From IMG/VR virus record IMGVR_UViG_3300021963_000024: DNA of 64,000 nucleotides. The stretch is one strand, 5' to 3'. The notes beneath the pieces are model-generated. The model was not told the origin of the DNA and searched no databases. It worked only from the letters and a program-made list of their open reading frames with translations. Position 1 is the first letter of the stretch. The number at the start of each line of letters is the position of its first letter. This document shows, piece after piece, positions 37,831-47,900 of this stretch. Source of the stretch: a virus (lineage: Duplodnaviria > Heunggongvirae > Uroviricota > Caudoviricetes). The position numbers and the translations under genes are program-made.

Positions 37831-38801
37831 ATAACCTTTAATATTTCAGTAATCCATTTTTCTTTGTTTGTATATTTTTCAAGACCTTTTTTTAATCTAT
37901 CAAATTGTTTTTTATTTTTTTCAAAATCATCTTCAAGTATACGAAGATATTGATAATGAAATTGTTCTTTATTCATTGCTCTATAACGATACTTAATTCC
38001 CTTCATCCAATTCGTATCTAATATTGGTAGTTTACCATTATCAATTGCATCGAAGATTGCATAACCAAATGGTTCTTTAGTATATGCTCCATGAAATATT
38101 TGAAAATTCTTTTCAAAAAATTTGTTGTGAAATTTATAATCAAATTCTATAAATTGATGAACTTCCGAATTTATTTTAGATACATCCAATAATCGTTTGT
38201 AATCATATTTGTTTGAAAATATGAAAGCGGGTATTTTATCTAAATAATGTGCATTCTTTCTCGTTTCACATCTTGCAGCATAACCAATTCTATTACTAAC
38301 TATTGGAACAAATGGTTTATTGTGTTTCCATTCATAATAGTTTGTTATTGTGATTGTATTTGGAAAATAAGTATGAATTGTATCACTCTCATAACCAATC
38401 CAAACTATGTTTTTAGAATTATCTAAAAGGTCTTTTTGCCAATGCCAATCTAATCTTGTCATTAGGTTTTCGTATTCATCATTCAATCCAACTACATCTG
38501 GTATGAAAGCATGAACAAATGTTGTGTGTATTTTATGAAAGTAATTTTGAAGTAATTCCCACTTTTTATATGGATGATGAAGGATAACAATTTTTTCACA
38601 TTCATCTAATATTTTTTTTACTTCTTCTTCGTTTTCGTATGTATAAATTGCACCTTCTTCTTTTATTAAAGGTCTACCAACCACAATTATTTTGTAATCT
38701 TCTTTTATTAAAGGGAGTATATTTTCTACAAAGTTATTGCACCAAATATCAGAACCCCCTATAACATTTTTTCCGTAACCCGTTGTTATGAATACTATCA
38801 T
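37827..38801 (-). CDS. GT-B fold glycosyltransferase (GT4-like)
   Basis: N-terminal GGSDIW, RIGYAARCETRKN, EPFGYAIFDAIDNGKLPI (Ex7E-like motif). Confidence 0.7.
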   Translation of the reverse strand: MIVFITTGYGKNVIGGSDIWCNNFVENILPLIKEDYKIIVVGRPLIKEEGAIYTYENEEEVKKILDECEKIVILHHPYKKWELLQNYFHKIHTTFVHAFIPDVVGLNDEYENLMTRLDWHWQKDLLDNSKNIVWIGYESDTIHTYFPNTITITNYYEWKHNKPFVPIVSNRIGYAARCETRKNAHYLDKIPAFIFSNKYDYKRLLDVSKINSEVHQFIEFDYKFHNKFFEKNFQIFHGAYTKEPFGYAIFDAIDNGKLPILDTNWMKGIKYRYRAMNKEQFHYQYLRILEDDFEKNKKQFDRLKKGLEKYTNKEKWITEILKVI

Positions 38802-41800
38802 ATACTACCACTTATTCTTTGTATTAATTCATTTTTAGCCTGTAATAAAAAATCGTTTTTATATTTTTCCGTTCTATAATTTTTATTTCTATCATATAGT
38901 GGTGAATCTATTATATCTGGATCATTTCTTTCGGCAACAACTAACCAACTAACCACATCGGTTGATTGAGTATTTTCACATTGTATATTTATAGAACCAC
39001 TAATAATATTTCCTTTAATTCTATCAAATCCTGATTCGTTTTGTAAAAATAATTGTGCATTTCTTGATAGATTATAAAAAGTTCCTTCCGTCATTTTTGA
39101 GGCAGAATCTATTGAACACATTGCTTCTCCGTTTAACAATTCAACGGTCCCTCTATACATCAAATCTGCTCTAGGTCCTTCTATTGCTGTATGATATAAC
39201 CATTTGTTTTCATGTATTGGATGTTGTATTTTAAAGTTTTTATATTTTCCAGTTAAACCTTCCGATATTGATAATGAACCAATTATACCCGATTTTCCTT
39301 TTACTTCAAAAAAGTTTATGTTCGCAGCTGCCTCCGAATCAAGACCCGCTGCTTTTGCAGAAACATCAGCCGCATTCATATAGTTTTTAAAACCCTGATA
39401 AACCTGTATACCGCCCGGAGAGAATATCGAATAACCATTACCAACTCTACCAAATTTTACAATAATATCTCCTGCCGGCCTTCTAATTCTTATAAAACTA
39501 TTTGCGGTTCCATCCACATATCCATAATAATATTGTATGATTTCAACTCTATACCAAACGGCTGTCCCCACCGTGTTAATACCCCCACCTCCTGGTGCTT
39601 TAATTGTTCCACCGTATTTATTTTGAACATCGGTATATACTTGACCACTATATTCATAATATTGCGCTGAAGCTAACAATATTAATTGTTCTCCACCAAA
39701 TCCAAAAGAAGTATTTACATTTGTTTCATTTTGTGCATCTACTGCCGATGGGAATTGTCTAACTCTTAAATAACAATCCCAATATCCTGTAATAGATTCC
39801 TGATAATCACATTGGCCTGAAATAATATTTGATATGCTTGGAAACTGGTCCGCTTCCACAAATATCTCTTCAGATGCGTATTGTAAACCAATTATACCAT
39901 ACCCATATCCATAGTTGATATGCCCATATGCAGCCATATCGTATCCCGTATTACCATCTTGATATGGCGGATTATCCGACCCATATACGGTTGCAAGTAT
40001 TTGTGAACTATTAGAATACCCCAACGATCCCGTATCACTAATATTAATTGCAGGAATGGTTAAATCGGCATTAATTCTCAATCTATCCAAATAATCCACA
40101 CTATTTGTTTCTCTAATAACAATAGCTGGTTTGTTTCCTGAAGTTGTTAATCTTAAACTAAAACTACCCGTTGATTTTGATAAAGAATCGGAACTTAGTG
40201 TCCACCCTGCAATATTTCCTGTGTTTGTTGCTGTTATATTCGTTGCAGTAATATCTCCTTTTATAGCCAATGCATCGGATGCGGCGGTCCATGTTAAATA
40301 ACCCGCACTACCTTGTAAACCAAAGTTACCCGAATTATCCATATAAGATTTCCAAGAACTACCATTATAATACCCCAAATAATTTGCACCCAAATATAAT
40401 CCAGAGCCCGCAGGTGCTGCGTTTGCCAATGCAAATCCACTTCCACCGAAATTGTAGTTTGATGGATTTACCCAAGAACCAGATTGCGAACCTATTGCTG
40501 TTAATTGTGATTGTGCAGTATCTGCTTTTGTATTTGCAGTATTTGCGGTAGATTGTGCCGTTGAAGCATTTGATACCGCTGTATTTGCAGTTGATTGTGC
40601 AGTTGATACCGAACTTGCTAATGAAGATGTTGCACTATTTAAATTTGTTATTGCACTGGCAGCACTACCTCCTGTAATATTAACGGCACCATTTACTGTC
40701 AATGTTGTTCCATCCCAAGTTAATTTATCTTTTAAAGAAAATTGACCCGAATTATCTACATAAAAAGATGTATTGGTATTATTATATGTTCCCGTTCCAA
40801 TATACATTTTTTTATTTACACCATCCAATGTTATTGCTCCACCACTTCCAACTACAAATAAACCTGAAATATATCCACCATTACCTGCGATTACAGGCGA
40901 TGAAATAGATGTAGCAGTTATAAATGTTCCACTACCACCTGTCCAGTTACCATTAGCTAATAAATTAATAGAGGCGGATGCATCCGTTTTGGCCTGATTT
41001 ATTGCCGCAGTCTGTGCAGCAGATGCTGCAGCTGAACCTGATGCTACAGCGTTAGTTCCTATACTTGTTGCAAATAATTGTGCAGCCGTTTGTGCAGCTG
41101 CCGCAGATACTGAACCAGATGTCACCGCATTTGCAGCATACCCAGCTGCAGTCGAATTTGCAGAACTTAATGTGGATGATAACGAAGATGTTAAAGCTGC
41201 CGATGTTGCAGCATTACCACCCGTAACAGTTATTGCACCATTGATTGTTAAAGTGCTACCATTCCAAGTTAATGAATCGGTTCCTGTTCCACTTAAATAG
41301 AAGTTACCATTATTGGCCATATAGGTTTTCCAATCACTTCCATTATAATATCCTAAATAAGAACTTCCCAAATAAAGACCGGCAGTAGAACCAACTAATA
41401 CGGTTGGTGGTTTTGCAATTAAACCAGTTGCTGTTGTAAATGTTGTAGATGCAACGGATGTAGATAAAGAAGCGGTTGCGGAATTTATGGCACCACTTAC
41501 TGCATTTAATGAAGATGATAAAGCAGTAGTTGTTGCGGCATTACCACCTTGAATATTTATATCTCCGGCGATTTGTAATCTACCTTGTGTCGAACTCCAT
41601 GCTAAAAACCCACCATTAACCGCAGATGATGTTAAATAAAAATCACCCTGATTATCCATATAAGTTTTCCAAACACCACCACCATAAAATCCTAAATGAG
41701 TATCTCCCGTATAAAGACCAGATACAGATGCGGTTGGTGGTCTTTTTACCTTACCATTTTCATCCGTAAAAATAAATTTATCCAAATATGCAGATGCCGA

Positions 41801-43879
41801 ATAAACGGTATATAATGATTGCGAATTTGCCGTAGATAATGATGAACTTATAGATGAACTAACATTTGCTATCGAACCACTAACACTTCCACTTAATGTA
41901 TATATTGAACCACTAATTGAACCACTTACTTGACCAATAGTCCCACTCACTGATGCACTCACACTACCTATTGTTCCACTTACCGAACTACTAACTTGTC
42001 CGATAGTCCCACTTACAGATGCACTCACACTGCCTATTGTTCCACTAACACTTCCACTCAAACTAAATATCGAACCACTAACCGAACTACTTACATTTGT
42101 AATTGTTGTATACGCAGATGCACTATTTACTGTGACTGTTCCACTAATAGATTGTGAAACGGAAGATATTGTGTTTGTTAAATCTAAAGATGCCGATGCA
42201 ATCGAAGAACTTAACTCAACCGATGATGAAGCCAATTGAGTTAAAACAATAACTGTATTTGTTCCACCTGAAAATTGTTTTTCTTTTAATATCGTTATTG
42301 GAACGAAATTATTATTTACATCATAAAATTCAAATTTAAATTCAAATATTTCATTTGGAACGGTCGTTGGAACAGATGTCAAAAATGCAACAGAGTCGGG
42401 TGAAAATGCTGTTTCTGCTGATACAACTAAACTTAAATCTGATAGATGCCATTCACCTTGTGATGCGCTAAAATATAGTGATGCCGATGGTTCCGTTACA
42501 TCCAATTTAAATTGAACTATTTGATTTTCAAATTTTTTAGTCGGTGATATACCGGTTAAAGTTCCTATTTTTAATTCACCAATAGATGAACTATTTGTTG
42601 TAGTTGAACCACTTATGTATATATCTAAATCCGATGCAGTTGATGAACTATAAAACGCATCAAATTGTAATTCATAAACGGTTTTGGATGTTAAATCTAA
42701 AGATGATGTATATAAAAACTTACCACCACCATTTAATTTAACTCCATTTACTAATCTTGAATTTGATAAAGTGGATGTTAAAGTTTCCGTAGTATTCCAA
42801 TATTTTGATAAAATTTCAGAATCAAAAATACCAGTAGATTGAACTGCTCTACTACTACCTTCCAATGTAATCAATAACTCTGTCGATTCTAATAAAATAT
42901 CTTGCACCAATTCATAATCAGAAATACTACCTTTAGAACGTCTAAATACTTTTACTCTTTTTACATCACCCGCAAATGTTTCCAATTGAGATAATTTTAT
43001 ATTTGCATATGATGATGTAAATTCGGATTGCGTTCTATCTGAACCGGATAAATATGTAACAGAATATGGTGTTGTCATAACCGTCTGAACAATATCGGAT
43101 TCTATTAAGGGAGGATTAATTTTAGCAGTATCAGCTGATATAATTTCTAATATTTCTGGAGTATAAGTTGGATAGGATGAAAAACTCATAGTTTCGCCCA
43201 ACATATTATTTTGAAAAGTTTGTCCATTTAGTAATGTAGCAAAATATTCCAAATCATCTGGTAAAATATATTGGTCACCAAATTTACCAAAAGTATTATT
43301 TACATAATAATCCGTTGGATATAAAGATGTATTACCACCTTGTGCTATTCTTGTTTCGGTGATAGTAAATACAGGTTTTAAAATTTCGGTTATCTCTACC
43401 TGCGGTCTTTTGTAAAAACGAATTTTTGTATTATTTTGTAAAAATGGATTTACATTTATTTCTTTCTGCCATCTTACATTGTAAGTATCTCTATATTGTA
43501 ACGGAACGGGTTGCTTTATACCATTTGCATCAACATATTCCGAAACTTCACCCAATATTGTAATTGTACATGGACCAAATGCCGTATCTGGATAAATGTA
43601 AACCGCTATAACTTTTGAAGTTCCCTCATAATATTCGGGTATACCCTCACCTGGTTCGTGATAAATTATATTACCTTGAGAATCTTTGATTTCTATTTTT
43701 ACAATAGTATCAGCAACTAAAAATTCAGAACCTTGAATTAAGAATGCATTTTTACCTCCTGTAAAGGTATCGGGTAACTCTGTAATTTTAAAATACTTAC
43801 TATTGGTATCCGTATCTTGAATGAGAACGGAATACTTTTCTAAATTTTCAGGAAATAATGTTTTCTTTAGAACCGCCAT
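38798..43879 (-). CDS. large tail fibre/tail-associated structural protein (1693 aa)
   Basis: Ser/Gly/Ala/Thr-rich shaft, repeated beta modules, C-terminal KNFKIQHP..LYHTAIEGPRADLMYRG typical of fibre C-terminal chaperone-like domains. Confidence 0.8.
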   Translation of the reverse strand: MAVLKKTLFPENLEKYSVLIQDTDTNSKYFKITELPDTFTGGKNAFLIQGSEFLVADTIVKIEIKDSQGNIIYHEPGEGIPEYYEGTSKVIAVYIYPDTAFGPCTITILGEVSEYVDANGIKQPVPLQYRDTYNVRWQKEINVNPFLQNNTKIRFYKRPQVEITEILKPVFTITETRIAQGGNTSLYPTDYYVNNTFGKFGDQYILPDDLEYFATLLNGQTFQNNMLGETMSFSSYPTYTPEILEIISADTAKINPPLIESDIVQTVMTTPYSVTYLSGSDRTQSEFTSSYANIKLSQLETFAGDVKRVKVFRRSKGSISDYELVQDILLESTELLITLEGSSRAVQSTGIFDSEILSKYWNTTETLTSTLSNSRLVNGVKLNGGGKFLYTSSLDLTSKTVYELQFDAFYSSSTASDLDIYISGSTTTNSSSIGELKIGTLTGISPTKKFENQIVQFKLDVTEPSASLYFSASQGEWHLSDLSLVVSAETAFSPDSVAFLTSVPTTVPNEIFEFKFEFYDVNNNFVPITILKEKQFSGGTNTVIVLTQLASSSVELSSSIASASLDLTNTISSVSQSISGTVTVNSASAYTTITNVSSSVSGSIFSLSGSVSGTIGSVSASVSGTIGQVSSSVSGTIGSVSASVSGTIGQVSGSISGSIYTLSGSVSGSIANVSSSISSSLSTANSQSLYTVYSASAYLDKFIFTDENGKVKRPPTASVSGLYTGDTHLGFYGGGVWKTYMDNQGDFYLTSSAVNGGFLAWSSTQGRLQIAGDINIQGGNAATTTALSSSLNAVSGAINSATASLSTSVASTTFTTATGLIAKPPTVLVGSTAGLYLGSSYLGYYNGSDWKTYMANNGNFYLSGTGTDSLTWNGSTLTINGAITVTGGNAATSAALTSSLSSTLSSANSTAAGYAANAVTSGSVSAAAAQTAAQLFATSIGTNAVASGSAAASAAQTAAINQAKTDASASINLLANGNWTGGSGTFITATSISSPVIAGNGGYISGLFVVGSGGAITLDGVNKKMYIGTGTYNNTNTSFYVDNSGQFSLKDKLTWDGTTLTVNGAVNITGGSAASAITNLNSATSSLASSVSTAQSTANTAVSNASTAQSTANTANTKADTAQSQLTAIGSQSGSWVNPSNYNFGGSGFALANAAPAGSGLYLGANYLGYYNGSSWKSYMDNSGNFGLQGSAGYLTWTAASDALAIKGDITATNITATNTGNIAGWTLSSDSLSKSTGSFSLRLTTSGNKPAIVIRETNSVDYLDRLRINADLTIPAINISDTGSLGYSNSSQILATVYGSDNPPYQDGNTGYDMAAYGHINYGYGYGIIGLQYASEEIFVEADQFPSISNIISGQCDYQESITGYWDCYLRVRQFPSAVDAQNETNVNTSFGFGGEQLILLASAQYYEYSGQVYTDVQNKYGGTIKAPGGGGINTVGTAVWYRVEIIQYYYGYVDGTANSFIRIRRPAGDIIVKFGRVGNGYSIFSPGGIQVYQGFKNYMNAADVSAKAAGLDSEAAANINFFEVKGKSGIIGSLSISEGLTGKYKNFKIQHPIHENKWLYHTAIEGPRADLMYRGTVELLNGEAMCSIDSASKMTEGTFYNLSRNAQLFLQNESGFDRIKGNIISGSINIQCENTQSTDVVSWLVVAERNDPDIIDSPLYDRNKNYRTEKYKNDFLLQAKNELIQRISGSI
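41870..42100 (-). repeat. 66-bp (22-aa; 11-aa subunit) imperfect tandem repeat in the fibre gene
   Basis: gtcccact.ac.gatgcactcacact.cctattgttccact.ac at about 41940 and 42006; encodes SVSGTIGSVSASVSGTIGQVS. Confidence 0.85.
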
Positions 43880-43921
43880 TAATCTTTTTAAATAAATATT
43901 TCCAAAAAAATTATTCCTTCA

Positions 43922-43929
43922 TATTTATA
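43922..43929 (+). promoter_or_regulatory. TATTTATA motif on the + strand upstream of the only + strand gene
   Basis: Orientation flips with gene direction, supporting a strand-specific promoter. Confidence 0.55.
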
Positions 43930-43961
43930 TAAAGAAAAATAAAAAATACTATATTGTATTT

Positions 43962-43983
43962 TAGAAAACTAAAGAAAAATAAA
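43962..43983. promoter_or_regulatory. 22-bp element, copy 2 (plus TAAAGAAAAATAAA direct repeat at 43930-43943)
   Basis: Match to 2515-2536; ends 6 nt before the RHH-like ATG. Confidence 0.5.
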
Positions 43984-43989
43984 TAAGTT

Positions 43990-44175
43990 ATGAAATACGC
44001 TATGTTGCAAATCAAAAAAGAAACCCATGAACTTCTCAAAACATATTGTGAAGAACACGGGTTTAAGATGGGTAGTTTGGTTGAGAATCTAATTAAAAAA
44101 CACGTCGGTGTTGTGAAACAACAATCAGGTGTGTTGAAGGCTGATAAAGTTTCTATTAGAACTCACTCTTCCTAA
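43990..44175 (+). CDS. small ribbon-helix-helix-like DNA-binding protein
   Basis: Strand YAMLQI, helix KETHELLKTYCEEHG, helix MGSLVENLIKKHV; has its own promoter motif. Confidence 0.65.
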   Translation: MKYAMLQIKKETHELLKTYCEEHGFKMGSLVENLIKKHVGVVKQQSGVLKADKVSIRTHSS

Positions 44176-44897
44176 CCATTATTTTTATATGATAGAAATG
44201 ATACCATATTATATTTCATATCATTTTTAACTTTTTCTACTTCATGAAATAAGTTTTTTTCAGAGTCTAATACAACAAAGTTTGGAAATGTTGGATTTAT
44301 TTTTATAATTTCATTTTCATTTGTATGAAGAATCAATTGCCCACCATTATCCGTATTCCATTCTGAATTTAAAAAATAAAGAAAAACACAAATTCTATCA
44401 ACAGGGCTACCATCATCATGTAATTTTATTTCACACCCCTTATCGTAAAATTGTAAACGATTCATTGGCATGTATGTTGTAGTATCATTTACTTTATCCG
44501 CATAATATTTTTTACAAAAATTCTCTTGGAATTTATTTATAATACCATTATGTAAAATATGCGTTATATCTGGAGACATTGAAGTTCCAAATACCCAAGT
44601 TGGATAAAACCCACAATCTTCTATTTTTTTGATTTGATATTCGTGACCTTTTTCATAAACCTCATCAGCAACATCCAAATTTTTATCATTTCTTAAAAGT
44701 TCATCATATACAATTTCTTCCATATATGATAATTCTTTATATTTAAACCAATAATCGTATTTTGAATGTCTTTTTATATTAATTGAATCTATTGAATTTT
44801 TTATAGATTTTAAATCATTAAAATCAATTAAATCAGAATATTTTTCAATTGAATCACAAACATATCCTTGTTCTCTAAATTGTTCTACACTTATCAT
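44172..44897 (-). CDS. 2OG-Fe(II) oxygenase (prolyl-4-hydroxylase-like)
   Basis: LHDDG (HxD), VFLYFLNSEW..GGQL, LFHEVEKV. Confidence 0.85.
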   Translation of the reverse strand: MISVEQFREQGYVCDSIEKYSDLIDFNDLKSIKNSIDSINIKRHSKYDYWFKYKELSYMEEIVYDELLRNDKNLDVADEVYEKGHEYQIKKIEDCGFYPTWVFGTSMSPDITHILHNGIINKFQENFCKKYYADKVNDTTTYMPMNRLQFYDKGCEIKLHDDGSPVDRICVFLYFLNSEWNTDNGGQLILHTNENEIIKINPTFPNFVVLDSEKNLFHEVEKVKNDMKYNMVSFLSYKNNG

Positions 44898-44908
44898 AAT
44901 AATAAATA

Positions 44909-47900
44909 TTAAAAATCAATCTTACTAAATCCATTCTCCTTTTTAATCTCAATCAATCCATCTACAATATCTCTCATAGCATCTAAGTGAGAAATTACCC
45001 AAATAAAATCAAATTGAGTTTTAAGATATTGCATCATTCCGAATAAAGAAGAAAGGTTATCACTATCCAATGTTCCAAATCCCTCATCAATTACTAAGAA
45101 GTTTGGACGAGGTAATCCACATATGTTTATTAAAGCAACTCTAATAGCTAGTCCACTAATAAACTTCTCCATACCACTACACATTTCTAATGCCCACTCC
45201 TGGTCCTCATAAACAATCTTTGCGTTGATATTCTTACCATCTACTTCCATTACAACTCCGAAATCAACAACTTGTCCTAATATATTATTTACTTCCGTTT
45301 GAATAACTGGTAATGCTTTGGAAATTAATTCATATGGAACTCCATCACGCTTCACTGCATCTAAATAATAGGTGTATAGGCGGTTCTTTTCTTCCAAATC
45401 CTTAACTTCATCCATCTTTGCTTTGATGTTGTCTATAAACGATTGTAATTGCGTTATAGCACTATTTGTATCGTTTATATCTTTGTTAATTTGTCTTATT
45501 ACCTTATCAACTTCCGATTTAAGAGTTTCCTTTTCTTTGATTTGTTTTTCTAACTCTTTATTGGTTTCAATCGTATCTTCGTTTTCGTAATATTTCTCAA
45601 TATCTTCTTCGACTTTATCCAATTGAGTTTGTAATAATTCTTCTTTTGTTTCCAATCCTTTATATTCCATTTCTGCTTTCTCTAATATCACTTTCAATTT
45701 GGAATATCTTGTTTTTAATTCTTGCAATTGATTATATTGTTCTTCCACACCTTCCATAGTATCCAATGTTTGTTGAATACCCACACAATCAATCATCGCC
45801 TGTTTAACTACATCTTTAAATTGAGGTAATCCTTCTTTTGCTTTCATCGCATCTTTAACGAATTCATTATTGCAACAGAATTTACAATTTGGGTCATATT
45901 CGTGTTTATCCAAATGTGAAATCTTTTCCTCTGCTAAACTTAAATGTAGTTTTGCAGTATCATAAACTTTTGTAGCTTCAACTAAATTGGTTTTCTCTCG
46001 TTGATAATTTGAATAAGCAGTTTCTATATCAATCGAACCATTAAAGGTTTTCTTTTCTTCAATTGATTTAGAAATTTCTGTAAGAGTATCGTTGTGTGTT
46101 TCTATTTTGGTTTCGGTATTTGTATACTCCGTTTCTAAATTTTCAATTTGTTTTCCAATTGATTTTCGTTTCTCTTCCAAAGTAGGTAAATCCAAATTAG
46201 AGTCGATTGGTGCAAGTTGTCTTGTTAAATTCAATACCTCACCTTCAATTCCTTCTTTTATTTTTGTTTCAGAATTTAATTGTTGTTGTAATTCTTTTAA
46301 TTCACCTTTTCTATCTTTAATCTCAATACCCTTATTCGCCAATTCTGTCGTAAAGTCGGTTTTCTTAAAATTTTTGATAAGCACACTCACTTCTCTAATA
46401 TCTTCCAATGCAGTATCATACAATTTATCAAAAATATTCAATCCCATAAACTGTGCTAACAAATCTTTTCTTTCCGATTGGGATTTATCAATGAATAGGG
46501 CATTATTACCTTGCAAACTCAATGCAGTTAGAACGAAATCTTCATACGTTCCTACATATTGTTCAATGATTGCGTTGGTATCTCTACGTTCCGTTCCGTT
46601 TAGTGATGTTCTTTCATCTCCTTCCATTTTGTAAAACTCAACATCCACTTTTACATTCTTTCCTTTGTTGATTGTTTTAGCACTTCTCTCAATGAAGTAT
46701 CTTTCACCATTTATATCGAATTCCAATTTACATTTGAAATCGGTCTTACGATTATTCATTATGTTTGCTGCTTTGAATGCTCTACTACTCTTATCGTATA
46801 AACAAAATGAGATAGAGTCAAATAGAGATGATTTACCACTTGCGTTTGGTGCAAATAATCCCATTAAACCATTCAATTTACTGAAATCAATAACATTATC
46901 CTCACCATAAGAGAACATATTAGAAAATTCAAAACGGATAGGTTTCCATTGGATATTTCTTGCAACATCATCTAATACAATTCTACTATTTACATCTCTA
47001 TTAATTGTTTCCAATTCGAACAAATCTTCATCTGTCACAAATGGCATCATTCTCTTAACATAATCATGTATTAAAGAGTTTTGATGGTTTACATCCGTTA
47101 TATCTTCAAAGTCTAATTTGTTTTGTCTATTTCCGGTCTTTAATTTAGAAAGTGAGTCTGTTCTAATGATTGTAAAATCCTCAAGTCCGTATCTCATCTT
47201 AATTTCTGTCAATACTTTCTTTGTATCGGCAGTATCGGTGTTAGATAAACGAACTCTCAATCTTGCATGCTTTGGCATATTGTTTACAATCGGAACTATA
47301 CCATTATCTACATCCAAAGTATAATAACCATACTCATTTGGAATATCAATCGCTTCATAAGTTAGGGTATCTATATCCCAAATAAGGAAACCGTGCTTAT
47401 CCAATGTTTCACCGAAGTTTTGTTGAACCAATGAGCCGGCATAAACTACCTTACAACCTTTTGGAGAAATCATCTCTTGTCTTTTATGAATATCACCCAA
47501 TAGAGCTAAATCATATCCATCAAATATATCCGTTGTGAAGTGTCTACTACTAACCACATAACCCACATCCGTTATAGAATTATCAACAGGTCCGTGAAAT
47601 AGTGCAATCTTTGTTTTTGCATCAATATCCTCTGCTTTTGGCCAATTATTCTTATTATCAAAAATAGAATAAACAGCAAATGCGGTATCACCATGTTTCC
47701 AAACCTGTGTATCTCTTAAATAATAAAAGTTATCTAAATTCAATGCTTCAACAATCGGAGTAAGAACATCAATTCTATCCAAATTGTTCATATTACAATC
47801 GTGGTTACCTGTGATAAGGATTGTAGGTGCCAATTTAGCACATTCCGTAAATAACCAACTAATCTCTCTAACTAATTCAGGAGACATTTCCAATTTAGCA

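Noticed and set aside
16757-38801. Cluster as a DNA hypermodification system
   Set aside because: No dNMP hydroxymethylase/thymidylate-synthase-like, 7-deazaguanine or DNA glucosyltransferase motifs were recognised here, and the cluster is coupled to a structural gene. Not fully excluded, because such genes could lie outside the window.
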